The notes beneath the pieces were generated by a model that saw only the letters and a list, made by a program, of their open reading frames with translations, ran no database searches and was not told where the DNA came from. Position numbers and translations under genes: made by a program. 64,000 bases of DNA from Octopus sinensis (taxonomy: Eukaryota): the NCBI RefSeq assembly GCF_006345805.1, contig NC_043005.1:60946001-61010000 (forward strand), given 5' to 3'. Positions 28,524 through 41,497 of the stretch are shown piece by piece (the stretch's first letter is position 1; each line of letters opens with the position of its first letter).

Positions 28524-28804
28524 CTAGCAGTATCGCCCGGCGTTGCACGGGTTTGTAAGGGAAATAACTATATAAGCATTTTTAGAGAGGTATAGCCAAA
28601 AAATAGCAAAAAATGCATTAAAAATGGAAAAAGAATGATGGTAATTTTTTTTTTAATCTTTACTTCCCTTATATAATAGCGAACAAAATGCATTAAAATG
28701 GAAAAAAATGATGGTAAATTTTTTTTGAAATCGTAAACTGTGAGAGTAGTTAGGAATCTAAATCGTAGGAGCCAGACACACAACCTCTCTTTTATGTATA
28801 AAGA
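28524..28804 (-). mobile_element. Complete non-autonomous Helitron (281 bp), same family as 16135-16529
   Basis: Minus: A|TCTTTATACATAAAAGAGAGGTTGTGTG ... CCCGTGCAACGCCGGG CGATACTG CTAG|T; internal duplicated 40-45 bp AATGCATTAAAAATGG...GATGGTAA block. Confidence 0.8.
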
Positions 28805-28813
28805 TTACTTCAA

Positions 28814-29035
28814 AGACGGCGAGCTGCAGAAACGTTAGCACGCCGGGGCGAAATGCTTAACGGTATTTCCTCAGTATATACGTTCTGAGTTCAAATTTCG
28901 CCGAGGTCGACTTTGTCTTTCATCCTTTCGGAGTCGATAAATTAATTACTAGATGCGTACTGGGTCGATCTAATCGACTAGGACCCCTCTCTCAAAATTT
29001 TGGGCGTTGTGCCTAGTGTAGAAAAAACTTTTTAT
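28814..29035 (+). mobile_element. SINE family B
   Basis: GGCGAGCTGCAGAAACGTTAGCACGCCGGGGCGAAATGCTTA...GTTCTGAGTTCAAATTTCGCCGAGGTCGACTTTG. Confidence 0.9.
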
Positions 29036-29886
29036 TACTTCGTGTGAGGAAAGGGCGTATTTTCTCTAAGGCACTTAGATTTGTTATGATACTGTCCCAA
29101 AATATACACACATACATACACACACACATACATACGCATACATACACACGCACTACATCATGTACATTTATATAAATTTATTCAATGGTATAGTTAACAC
29201 TGTGATCAGACTGTGTAACATACGGTCTGAATAAGTTTCGAGAGGTGACACTTGAAGTGACAGAGAGAACCTATATATAATATACATCTAGGATTGAATA
29301 CTTTTGCTAGTAAATGCTTAATATTATTTGATTAAATATATGTATGTGTGTGCGTGTGTATGTGCAATATGAACCCTATTAACTGATGGTGGGAATGTAT
29401 ATCAACGGTACTCTTAAAGAGTCTCCATGTATTAGAGCTTTGCAGGTTTCTTTAGAATCAACTAGCTGTTCGATTCCTATAAAATTTTTATAACACTTCA
29501 CAAAATTCTTATATAATAATTCCATAATTGTTAACTGGGTTGCAGAATTACGTTTTTTTATTGCGCAAGTATTGGAATTTACTTATTAATTGACTTACCA
29601 ATTATGTAAGTTCATAAAGTGCAGGTGTTTAATGTGAAAAATTATTATTCGGTAAATTGCTACCTAACTCATTCATGTTAGTAAGTCAATCACTCATTAA
29701 AGAATGACTTCATTTTTTTTTCTTTCCGATCGATCATTTAATAACAATATAACGCAATATTATTTATTGGCTGGTATTTAATTAAGAAAAAAATTTAGTA
29801 AAATTTTAGCATCGATGATGTTACGTTAATTTATGTGTGAGTATGTCTGTGTACATGTGGGTGTATATTTATGTTTGGCGAAATCT

Positions 29887-29920
<34 letters not shown>

Positions 29921-30549
29921 CCTCTCTTTCTCTTTCTCTCTCTCTTTCTCTCTTTCTCTCTTTCTCTCTCTCTCTCTCTATGTATATATATATATATTAG
30001 CAATAAGAAATGGAGAGGATCAAATATATTTATATATATATATATATATAACACCTTTAATTATTGGTATCGTTTCTATTCTGTGTAAGTCATAAATTTT
30101 TTGTACTTAAACATATATACTTATTTTAGTAAATAATGTATTTAACACTCTTTGTATATCGATTTGCCTAACTTGCTTATCATTCTATTTACTGCTCTAA
30201 CCGGTCAAGTTTAAACCTTTGAGCACTACTAAGTTTATTTTACACGGAGAATATCTGATTCTCATCTATGAACCATATATAAATATATATTAGCGGAGAG
30301 TAGTTATAATAAATACGAAAAGTCTCTTACAACTGTTTCTAGAATATCAAAGCATGTGGGTCGTATGTTATTGAATAAGGACTTCTACGTAAGGTAGGTA
30401 TTCCATCAGAGAGAGAGAGAGAGAGATAAGAAAATATGTTTAAATTATAAATTAAACGTACTAGAATGATGCCAAATGCTTGGTTGTTCCTTATCTGTTT
30501 AAAATGTATTTGTATATGTTTCAATTTGCGTATATATACATATGCACAC

Positions 30550-30588
30550 ACAGTCAGACGATAAGTTAGCCGGCCGAAACTTCAGTGT
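30550..30588 (+). ncRNA. Decayed minimal type I hammerhead relic
   Basis: ACAGT/AGTGT stem I (4 of 5 pairs), core CAGACGA, weak stem II, GAAAC-TTC (expected GAAAC-GTC). Confidence 0.3.
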
Positions 30589-32284
30589 CGATAATATTCC
30601 TTTAAGAATAATAATTCTGTACCCTACAAAAATAAATATAGAGTAAGCCTTCAGATTGATGTAAAATTGTTTTTATTATAACTGAACATAATAACTAACA
30701 TTATTACACGCACACACACACACACACACACATACAGAGAAAGAGACAGAGACAGAGAGAGAGAGTCAGCAGATGCTATCCAGAGATGCATCTCTATACG
30801 AAACACTCCAGTAAATCTTTATCTTCGGAGTAAAGAGTAGCAACAAGAGAAATCCATGTGAACTGATAAGGAGATAATGATGCAAATACACAAATAAACA
30901 TGCGTGAGCTTGGGTTTGGTATATAAAATATTCATACATATATACATGTAAGTATATAGAAGGATATATATAGAGAAAAACAAAAGCGGAAGATATTCAA
31001 AAGATGAATTTTCATGTATATGTACAAAGATATCTATATAGTTACAGAACAGTTTTATACGGATTAAAAAGATAAAGAAAGCTAAGTGGAGAAGATGGTC
31101 TGCTATTCCAAAGAATGTAATCCTTTCATGTAAACACAAAAGTTATTCATTGCATTCCCAGTATGCAAAGTGTATATGATTCTCCTAATTTGCATACAAC
31201 CTTAAATTACATCTTAGCCGTGCTAGCAATATATCATTCCTAAATATAATTCCCATTCTATATATGTATCTCTCTCTATCCATTCTTTTCGCACATGCCT
31301 CCAACCTAGCACATCTACTTTCTCGCACCTACCCTCATACTTCAAATTCCTTTCCCACCTTCTCCTACTTTCATCCTCAACTTGCCCTTGTTTTCGTTAG
31401 TGTATCCTAATTGTCTAATATGTTGCCATATCTTAAGCATACTGCTTATTGCAATATCCCAGTAACAGGTAGCAATATTTAATAACTTACTCAAGTAACC
31501 ATATTCAGCTGTTTGAGAACAAGTTAGACAAAAGTTATAATTCTGCTTAGAGCAAACACAGAATGCCTGCAGCAGAATGAACTTAGATAAAGCCATCGAA
31601 TGTGCAATGGAGGTATTCTTGAGAATGGCTGAATATATCAAATATAAAATGCTATCAGATCTGTTAACATAATCGAACAAGGACCTCAATTGCTGCTTTA
31701 TAGCGTGGTATCCATTCCAGTCTGTGAGCTTTATCCTACAACTTTCTAAATTTAATTTTGTTTAAGTATAAAGGGTTAATTTGGATATAGCCAATAGCTT
31801 AAATGCTTAGATATGTATGGACAATGTTTAGTAATGTGTGTGTATGTTTCGGTGCATTGCATTACAATTTTGAATTTTTTATAGAAATTTCTGTAATCTG
31901 CATTGCTTCTCATTCAAACTAGCAATGAGATATTTTCAGAGAAAATAACTTTAAAATGATAGTTGAAATACGAACGAAATGTCACGAAGCTTCATCCTCT
32001 TAGACAATAATTTTCATTTATGTTGCAATGTTATGTTCTTTTGTTTGGCTGGTTTTTTTTTTTTTTGTTTTTTGTTTCGTTTTGTTTTTGTTTTTTGTGA
32101 TGGTGGTGGTGGGATATATTGCTTTCTCAAAATGAAGAGAAGCAAAAATTTAGCTGTTGCTATAATTCACATTGTAGAACTGTAAAAGAGATACCTAAAT
32201 GGAACTTATAATTTGCAATACTCAAGCACAATATATGTAGCTCTATACCAAAGTTACAAATTAATATTGCAGAGAATATAATAA

Positions 32285-32473
<189 letters not shown>

Positions 32474-33275
32474 AGCCTTGGATGGAATTTATAAACATTT
32501 AATACATTTAAAGGAATTATAAACATTTAATGCATCACATGATTCTTAAGATCATTACTATTAGGAGTCATATCATTTGTGAAAACGGGCGTGGCGATGC
32601 ATTAAATGTTCATAAATTCTATCCAGGGATTATTGTTATTATTATATTTATCCTTCACTATATCGGTACAACTAGATGAAACCCCGAAAACCTGGCTCAC
32701 AAGTCAACATCATTAGACGGTGGCCGACACAATGGAATAGGAGCTTTATATATATATTGGCAGAGAAACGGTATTATAATGACTGTATTATTATAATTGA
32801 AAGGGCCTTACACAAAACTGTATTGAGCTTAAACGCTTAAAAGCTTAAAACCTTGATGTGTTTAGGTTGCAAACAAATGGGAATATGGCAATATGTGCTG
32901 CACTAGATAAACTATATAAGTCGATGATCTTTGAAATGAATTATATAATTCACTGGTTAGGAAGTCACCCTAAATATATTTAACGGTGTAAAGACAATTA
33001 CTGCAGAAGAGTAGATAAATATAATGGTCTATTAGATTAAATGTTCTTAAGGCTAGTTGTAATTATAGTTTTAGCTATAATACTTCATATTTAATCAGTG
33101 GAAGAACCTTGTGCTCTTGGTCAACGCAAACGTCTCAATCCTGCCTAGGTGTAAAATGATTCTTTCAATGCATCACAGTTTAGTGCTTCAAGCTGTGAAT
33201 ATAAGGTATAATTGGTTAGATTGCAATGCACAAATGAATTTCTTCGTAATATTAGCTTAGAAACGGAAATAGAGA

Positions 33276-33314
<39 letters not shown>

Positions 33315-33719
33315 GGATGGGGATCGAATGTGGTAGAGATAAATAGGAAATGACAAGTAGGAAAGAGTGAGAGACAGACCGAGAGAGAAATGGAGAGTGG
33401 GAAAGACCGAGGGATAAAAGAGAGATGGTCAGACAGGCAGACCAAGAGAGAATGTCAGAGAGACAGACAGAGAGTCAGACAGGCAGAGAGAGAGAGAGAG
33501 AGAGATAGAGAAAGCATTGCATAATCAATGAATGTTTCGCGAGCTTCAAAAGTTACGCTGAAATCCTTTCATGGCGTTGATCAACGAGAGGAATGTCTTC
33601 CGCTAAATTCGCTTGCCCTAGATACGCTACTAGCGAGCAAATTCCTCAGTATTATGCCAACAACAGATGACTTTTAACAAACAAGCAGCAAGAGATCAAT
33701 GAAATTTTATACTGCTGTT

Positions 33720-34034
33720 GTTAATTTTATACTCCTCCTCCTCCTCCTCCTCCTCCTCCTACTACTACTACTACTACTACTACTACGTCTACTACTACTA
33801 CTACTACTACCACTACTACCACCAATACCTGTTGCTACTGCTACTATTACTACTACCTTTCTACTAAAGGCAAAAGGCTTGATATTTTTTTGCGCGAGAG
33901 AAGTAGTCAGTTACATCGACCCAAGTGTTTCACTGGGTAGTTAAATTATCGATCCCGAAAGGATGAAAGGCAAAGACGACCTCGGCTAAGCATTTCACCC
34001 GGCGTGCTAACGATCCTACCAGCTCGCGGCCTTA
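33720..34034 (-). mobile_element. SINE family B with expanded (AGT)n>(AGG)n tail
   Basis: rc head GGCCGCGAGCTGGTAGGATCGTTAGCACGCCGGG at 34034, core to about 33857, CTA/CTC arrays 33720-33856. Confidence 0.85.
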
Positions 34035-34047
34035 TGATAATAATAAT

Positions 34048-34753
34048 GATTTCATTTATTTGCCACAAGGGGGGAAGCATAATGGGACAATACAAAAACA
34101 GACACAAAGTGTTGGGGTTTACATATTATGAAATGATAAATAAAGAAAGAAAGTATACATGGTGTACACTGAAAAAGAAGAGATAAGTCTACGCCATCCA
34201 CTCTTTCCATTTTCGCAACTTTCGCCCACCATTCAGTAAACACACTCGAGAACAGCACTTCCCTCTCCATTCTCAATTTCTTTTTCAAGTGAAACTTGGA
34301 GTCAATGAGAGCTCTACCAAAGAGGAATGTATCTGTTCACCAAACAACATATTTGGTCACAGTCAACGGGCAAAGAAAAACTGCCTTATCTGACCGATTG
34401 AAGGAGGGCGGCGGTACGATCATCACTACAGATTCGGCCGAAAGATGGATCCGTCCCACACGCGACAGCTGCTGCTCGACACAACCCTACAAGTCAGCAA
34501 TGCCCGGACACTGAACGAGGGCATGCAGAACGGTTTCGTCACTCTGCGCCAACCTCAGACAAGCACGTCTGACAGCATGTGTCTGCCTATAGAGTTTATC
34601 TTGAATCAGTAGCGCCCCTCGGTAGCACTGCCAGGTTAAGGAATCTGGAAATTATACACTGTAATTCCCGACTGGAAAGGCCTCTGGAACAAACTAGCTA
34701 GTTCATTCTCGCCGGTGCTCAGAGTCTCCCCGGTAACGTCGTCGCACCTTCCC
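34048..34753 (-). mobile_element. 5'-truncated Tx1/L1-clade LINE 3' end (zf-RVT / C-terminal zinc region, 3' UTR, AATAAA)
   Basis: Minus translation WQCYRGALLIQDKLYR...CLRLAQSDETVLHALVQCP...KFHLKKKLRMERE..FTEWWAKVAKM with in-frame stops; flanked both sides by ATAATAATAAT. Confidence 0.8.
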
Positions 34754-34988
34754 ATAATAATAATAATGGTTTCAAATTTTTCCACAAGGGCAGCCATTTT
34801 GGTGGACGGGGCAAGTCTATTACATTGACACAAAAGCCAGTGTTTCTCTAGTACTTAATTTATCGACCCCGAAAGGATGAAAGGCAAAGTCGACCTCGGC
34901 GGAATTTGCACCCAGAACGTGTAGACAGACGAAGAATCGTTAAGCAATTCGTCCGGCGTGCTAACGATTCTCGCAGCTCGCCGCCTTA
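34754..34988 (-). mobile_element. SINE family B
   Basis: rc of AAGGCGGCGAGCTGCGAGAATCGTTAGCACGCCGG...TTTGAAACC(ATT)n. Confidence 0.9.
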
Positions 34989-35045
34989 ATGTTGATGATG
35001 ATGATGATGATAATGATGATGGTAATAATAATAATAATATAAATG

Positions 35046-36718
35046 TTACGGCAAAACGATCAGCCACCTTTTATATATGGATGACCTAAAACTATACGCT
35101 ACAAATGACAAACAGCTGGAAACACTACTAAAGACAGTTCATGGATTTACCAACGAAATAGATTTGGATTGGAGAAATGCGTCAAAGTAAACCTGAAAAG
35201 AGGAAAACTAGTTAAAAGTAGCAACATCACACTAGATAAAACCAATGAAATAAAAGAATTAGACCAAAGCAAAACTTACAAATACTTAGGAATCCATGAA
35301 CTAGATAAGACATAACACACACAAATGAAAGAGAAAATTAAAAAAAAGAATACGAGTTATATCAATACTGAAAACAGAACTCAATACTAAAAACAAGATA
35401 ATAGGTATCAACACTTTAGCCGTCCCAGTTATAAGTTACAGCTACAATATCCTTAACTGGACAGTAAATGAACTGACCAAAATAGATAGGAAAACACGAA
35501 AAATAATGACAGGATCTAGGATGCATCACCCAAAATCTGACATAGAAAGGCTATATATGCAACGTATAGAAGGTGGTAGAGGCCTTATACAGCTAGAAAG
35601 CTACTATAAAATAACCACCATAGGACTGCAAAAATATCTACTTTAGAAGGAAGGAAAACTGATACAAATAGCGGCAAAACACGAGCAAAACAAAAAACTG
35701 TTCTCAGTATTTAAGGAAGCTGACAAATACAAACAAGAAATCATACTACCTAACAAATATGAAGAAAAAGAAGAAGAAAATGAAGAAACAACAAAAGCTA
35801 TAAAACAAATGAAATCCAAACTAAAAATAGAACAGCTACGAACCATGATAAAACGATGGCAAGAAAAGCCCCTTCATGGCAAATACTGAACTAAACTAAA
35901 TGCAAAAGAAATAGACAAAGAAAGATCCCAGCAATGGTTGAGAAGCTCAGGACTTAAAGCAGAGACAGAAGGATTCTTAATTGCAGCACAAGACCAAAGC
36001 CTCCCCACCAGAAATTACCAAAAACATGTAATGAAAAGAAATATAACAAGTAACTCTAGGATATGTGGAGATGGACAAGAAACAATAAATCATATTATCT
36101 CTAGCTGCCCAGTCCTGGCTAAGAAGTAATATATTCACAGACACGACAGAGTTGGGACCTATATACACTGGAAGCAATGCCAACATTATGGGATAACAAC
36201 TGAAAAAAGATGGTATAGGCACACACCAGAAAAGGTCACAGAAAACGAGAAGGCAACCATACTCTGGGATATACCAATACACACAGATAGAGAAATTAAG
36301 GCCAACAGACCAGATATAGTTGTCAGAGATCATGAAGAAAAAATGCTTTCTAATTGATGTATCAATACCAGCAGATGACAGCGTGTCTCTAAAAGAAATG
36401 GAGAAACTTTCAAAATACAAAGACCTGGAAATAGAGGCAACCAGAATGTGGAATCTAAAAACAGAAACAGTTCCTATCATAATAGGTGCATTAAGTATGA
36501 TAAAAAATATTCAGACAAATACATAACAAAAACACCAGGACTTACAAACACATATAACATCCAGAAAATTGCACTACTAGGCACTGCACACATCCTACGC
36601 AGAGCACTTTCCATACAGTAACCATCAGAGCATCACAACAAATCACAGCACATACCCAAGGCACACAGAGCTGCGCTCGGTAGTGAAGTGAAAGCACGCT
36701 ATAAAAAATATACTACTG
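35046..36718 (+). mobile_element. 5'-truncated Dong/R4-clade non-LTR retrotransposon (RT C-half, CCHC knuckle, restriction-like endonuclease, 3' UTR)
   Basis: HLLYMDDLKLY (YMDD at 35074-35085), YKYLGI, HPKSDIERLY..R.EGGRGL, AETEGFLIAAQDQ, RICG...ETINHIISSC, RPDIVVRD...LIDVSIP, KLSKYKDL; stop 36619-36621; several stops/frameshifts; embedded in (TAA)n. Confidence 0.92.
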
Positions 36719-36719
36719 A

Positions 36720-36737
36720 ATGATGATTATAATAATC

Positions 36738-36818
<81 letters not shown>

Positions 36819-36848
36819 TTAATAATATTAATAATAATAATAATAATG

Positions 36849-36879
<31 letters not shown>

Positions 36880-36920
36880 CAATAATAATAACAATGATAA
36901 TAATAACAACAACAGCAATA
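36720..36920. repeat. Long (TAA)n array (Dong target / tail)
   Basis: Directly visible. Confidence 0.97.
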
Positions 36921-37619
36921 ATAACGAGTGAAGGCGAATTGCATTTCGCTGTTTAGATAATTGCTTTCGGTTTTCATTCCAGCGACAATGATGAGAAAGT
37001 TGAAATATGATAACTGAAATATGAAATTAAATTTCTTAAGCGATGAAATAGCTGGGCACTAAATATATATAATTTTTACACTTACGTTGTGTTGGTTTTT
37101 GTCACCAACTACCGTTTTGCCATTTGTAATTGGCTTGTTTATGTTCCCCTAACATATGGGTTCGGCATATTGATGGAATGAGTGAGTAACAGGCTTAAGA
37201 ATGAATGCTGGTCGAAATTTATTCGACTAAACCTTTCAAAGATGTGGCCCAACAAATTCGCAGAGTAAAATCTGAAGCAAGTAAAAAAATAAAAGAAATA
37301 CTATTAGCAAATGAAAACGCAATTTTTGTCGGGTGCAAGGGTAACTATGGAATGTTGCTTCTGACTCAAGAGATGGCATTGGAATATTGTATGTTCTTTC
37401 GTATCTGGCCTCATGTCGGCATTTTGATATACATAAAAATGTATTGAGGACATTCTTGGTGAAGGGCGATTTACATAATTAAAGCGAAGGCAAAAGCTAA
37501 AAAAAATATCGGGGTTAATAACATGAATTTTTAATTTATAGCAATACCCATATGTAACTGAATATGTAAACAAAAGTTTGGAGGCAGGCGCTAAAATCAT
37601 AGAATAGAAGGAGTATCGA

Positions 37620-37822
37620 ACACATGGATCCCTTCCCTTACCAGATGTCAGTCTCTCACAGAATCAATCCCTAAGTACCACCAGTATTCATTTTCAATTG
37701 GGCCTACAGCGTAAAATAGTGAGCTTTGCGCAAGTACCCAACGCAACGCTCGGTGCAGCCACCGAAATAACGATCTAATGATGTGCGCCCAACACTAGCA
37801 ACGTGAGCCGGCGCCTTCACTA
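37620..37822 (-). mobile_element. Decayed SINE family C-like copy
   Basis: Minus begins GTGAAGGCGCCGGCTCA like 42575 GAAGGCGCGTGG; CORE-like GTACTTGCGCAAAG. Confidence 0.45.
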
Positions 37823-38324
37823 ATTCCCATATATAGACACACTTATTGGCTCGACGGTTTGTCTGTTATTCTTGCCTGTCGTATTTCATTATAATTTCAA
37901 AGTTACTGGAGTAGAAATTCTTCGTCTCACGTACATCTGTAAATGAATTCAAGAAAGTAAAAATAAAAGTAAATTAAAAGGATATCAAAAATTCAAAAAT
38001 AGGAAGAAAATGTTAGAAAACTGCAGGGCAAAGAAAATGGTTCATTTGCCAAGTACACGAACAGTAAATAATCTATTCTAGTCTCTATAATTGAGTGTTC
38101 TGATCACTCAAATGTATACATGATTTACTTTTCTTCAAATTCCCATTCATTTGCTTTCTTTGCTTTTGTTTACTTTATTTTCTACACTTTCTATTTCACT
38201 TTCAAACGTCTTAAGTTACAGTGACTGATTGTAATACCAAAATAAATATGTTCGTGTATGGAAACAAACAGAGACACACAGACACACACACACACATATA
38301 TATGTATCTATGTATATATATGCG

Positions 38325-38361
<37 letters not shown>

Positions 38362-39089
38362 TTGTATGTACACATCTATGTATGTAGATGTATATATGTA
38401 TATTTATATATATATATTTATATACATATATGTATGTGCATATGTACATATGTGTATGCATATATGTGTGTATGTTCATACACGTGTGTGAGTGTGTGTG
38501 TGTACCTGTTTATATGCATTTGTACGAACACTGAAAAACAAGTGCAAATGAAAGCAATCAAATAACAGCACAATAAAGTAAATGGTTTATTTACCAAGCT
38601 TATACCTACTTATATATTTACGCACACGCGTGTCGGTTTGATGCGTGCACATGCTTGCGCATAGAAGCGCACACATGTAAAAGTGTATACGTAACATAGA
38701 GATACAATACAATGAGACACTCACACACACAGACATATTTGTTTATTATGATTAGGTGTCTTACAAGACCAGTCATGTTTCATTCTCCTTAGAAATTGTT
38801 CAAGAATCAGTTACGTTCAAAGGTGAACAAAACACGAGTGGAGTAGTCGTGTTGTTAGAGGCACTCATAGTATGCTAATATTTTCAGCTGTATTGTATTG
38901 CATATCTTGACTAAAGTCGTGGTTTTATCATCCATTAATACGCACATACATATGTATGTGTATATACGGGAGTCCGTATATATAGGCGTACTTACATACA
39001 TGTACTTATGTGTGTGTATATATATATATATAATATATATATATATATATACACTTACACATTTTCATATGCACAAACTCTTTCCTGGT

Positions 39090-39148
<59 letters not shown>

Positions 39149-39182
39149 AATGTGCACGTATATATATATGGTTGTGTATATG

Positions 39183-39317
<135 letters not shown>

Positions 39318-39502
39318 AGCAAATCATTATAATGAGCACATAAAACTATAAGAATCGAATCACCGATGTACATATTCATTCTTAATGCGTTCCGGTAGGG
39401 TTGTCGTTTATATGCTTATTGTTGTTACATTTGATGTTCCTGGAATACTTCAATTCAGACGATGTGTATTGTCAACACGCTGCACTGATTAACCTCTAAG
39501 TA

Positions 39503-39547
39503 TTTTGAGACACCTGTGTTTCGACATGATTTTCACTTCAGTCAAAA
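39503..39547 (-). ncRNA. Type I hammerhead ribozyme-like fold, near-canonical (A9U)
   Basis: Minus: TTTTGA / CTGAAGT / GAAA-atca-TGTC / GAAA / CAC-ag-GTG / TC / TCAAAA; perfect 6-bp stem I, GUC triplet. Confidence 0.7.
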
Positions 39548-39639
39548 CAATTCACGGATTAAATTAATACATGTCTATTTAGATTGTTTAGATCTGTTTC
39601 TTTAGCGGTACATGAACTGCTGTAAGTAATAAAATCATT

Positions 39640-40300
39640 AGCACTTTAAAAATTGTTGTTTCCCTTGATAAGGCTCCGGAACATTTTTCTGATAGTCTTT
39701 AACAGTCATAGATCTACAGTGAAAATTCATTGTCATTTTGTATTCAATATTTTCCAAATTTAAGAATTCGGTCAGCTGCTTTGACTTCCACAGAGATGTT
39801 TCTTTCAGAAGGTATTCCAGTGTCAATAAATATACACTTCTTGTTCTCAAGTCTTTGATAACGATGACACACTTGTTGAATTTTATCTCGCTGTCACTCT
39901 ATAGTGTCACCATTGCTGTCAATGACCATATTTTACTGTTGTTCATACCACTTCTTAGTTGCATCGGTTCTATTACATCATCAGATTTTCTAAAACAGGT
40001 ACAAAACTGCTTCGGTATGGGTGTGGATTCATTCCTTCGTTTCAGTCCCACGCATCCCGAGACAAAGTACTCGATGATCTCTTCATATATTCTAGAGATT
40101 CTGCATTTGCTATCTATAGGCATCATTCGTAATTGAATGATTATAGGATCTGGTTGCAAAACTCATATACTCTCCGGTAAAAATCATATCTGCCACCACC
40201 GAATTCAGTCCACAATTCTTGAGTCCCAAGTGTAGACTTAGTCTACACTTGCTTCCTACATCAGTTTTAAATGAATCTTCCATGATATTTTTCCAAATAC
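39640..40300 (-). mobile_element. Decayed Dong/R4-clade LINE fragment (knuckle plus REL region)
   Basis: Minus SKCRISRIYEEIIEYFVSGC (about CRIC...ETINHIISSC) and IVIKDLRTRSVYL (about PDIVVRD..K.C.LID). Confidence 0.7.
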
Positions 40301-40536
40301 TGCGCTAATTCAGCATCGAAATTATTGTAGTTACTACTATTGCTTTTCTTTCATTATTTTCTTATTATCCAGACCATCATTATTGTAATGTGTGTATGTA
40401 TAAAGATATGTGTAGAGTTATGTTCATGCAAACATGAAAAATAGAACTCAAAATACGATTATGTGTTAATTTTTGTTAATATTCTGTCTCAATACTTTAT
40501 TCCGAATGTTTCGTGCGTTGACATTTTAATGTGCGC

Positions 40537-40537
<1 letters not shown>

Positions 40538-40573
<36 letters not shown>

Positions 40574-40600
40574 CTATCTATCTATCTATCTATCTATCTA

Positions 40601-40639
<39 letters not shown>

Positions 40640-40662
40640 ATATCTATATATATGTATGTATG

Positions 40663-40712
<50 letters not shown>

Positions 40713-40762
40713 TATATATATAATATATATATATTATATATATATATATATATATATGTACG

Positions 40763-40793
<31 letters not shown>

Positions 40794-40880
40794 TTACATT
40801 CAGATATATATATGTATATATGTATGTATGTATGTATGTAGATATGTATGTATGTATGTATGCATGTATGTATGTATGTA
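40538..40880. repeat. Compound (CTAT)n,(TA)n,(TATG)n array
   Basis: Directly visible. Confidence 0.95.
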
Positions 40881-41245
40881 TATATGTATGTGCACGTACG
40901 ACGGATATCCACTCATATTGCTTTTGTCGGTCCAAAGATATCCTAAGAGACACTAGCCCAAGATGACGCGTCGTGCGATCGAATCCGGCTAGACAGTAAG
41001 CCTCCCAAAACACAGCTTCTCTTATATTCAATTACTATTTATATGTGCATGTGTGTATGTGTGTGTGTTTGGGTGTATGTACAAAACGTGAGTGAGAAGG
41101 TTTGAAGTAGAAAAAGAGAGAGAGAGAGAGAGATGGTAGGTAACACCTTATGTTATTTTATTTTTTACAGATCCGCTGTGATTGAAGCAAACAAATAAGC
41201 TACACGAGAACAACCACAGAGAACACATGCATGCTCGTCTATATA

Positions 41246-41497
41246 TTGGGTTGGTGCATAATTTTTGCGGCTTTAGTTCAAAAAATTTTATTCAACAGAA
41301 GCAATAATAATATTTAATAAAAACATCTCAAAATGAAGATCTAACTGTCTGCCAAGCGAAAATGGGAAGCAGTAATTGAAGTAGATGGTCAATATGCTCC
41401 AGAATAATCATTTAAAGATGCTTTTGTTACATGTTGTTATTGTTTTTGTTGAATAGAATTTGTTGAAAAAAGCCGCAATAATTATGCACCAACCCAA
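41246..41497 (+). mobile_element. Complete mariner internal-deletion derivative / MITE (252 bp), Hsmar1-like TIRs, TA TSD
   Basis: TIRs TTGGGTTGGTGCATAATT(T/A)TTGCGGCT at both ends; internal ...WEAVIEVDGQYAPE* = mariner transposase C-terminus. Confidence 0.9.

Noticed and set aside
30765-30820. AGAGATGCATCTCT palindrome followed by GAAAC..GTA
   Set aside because: Core too degenerate and no stem I partner.
41140-41200. Strong acceptor ttattttattttttacAG at 41169-70
   Set aside because: All three frames stop within 10 codons and no supporting upstream exon was found; cannot support a gene.
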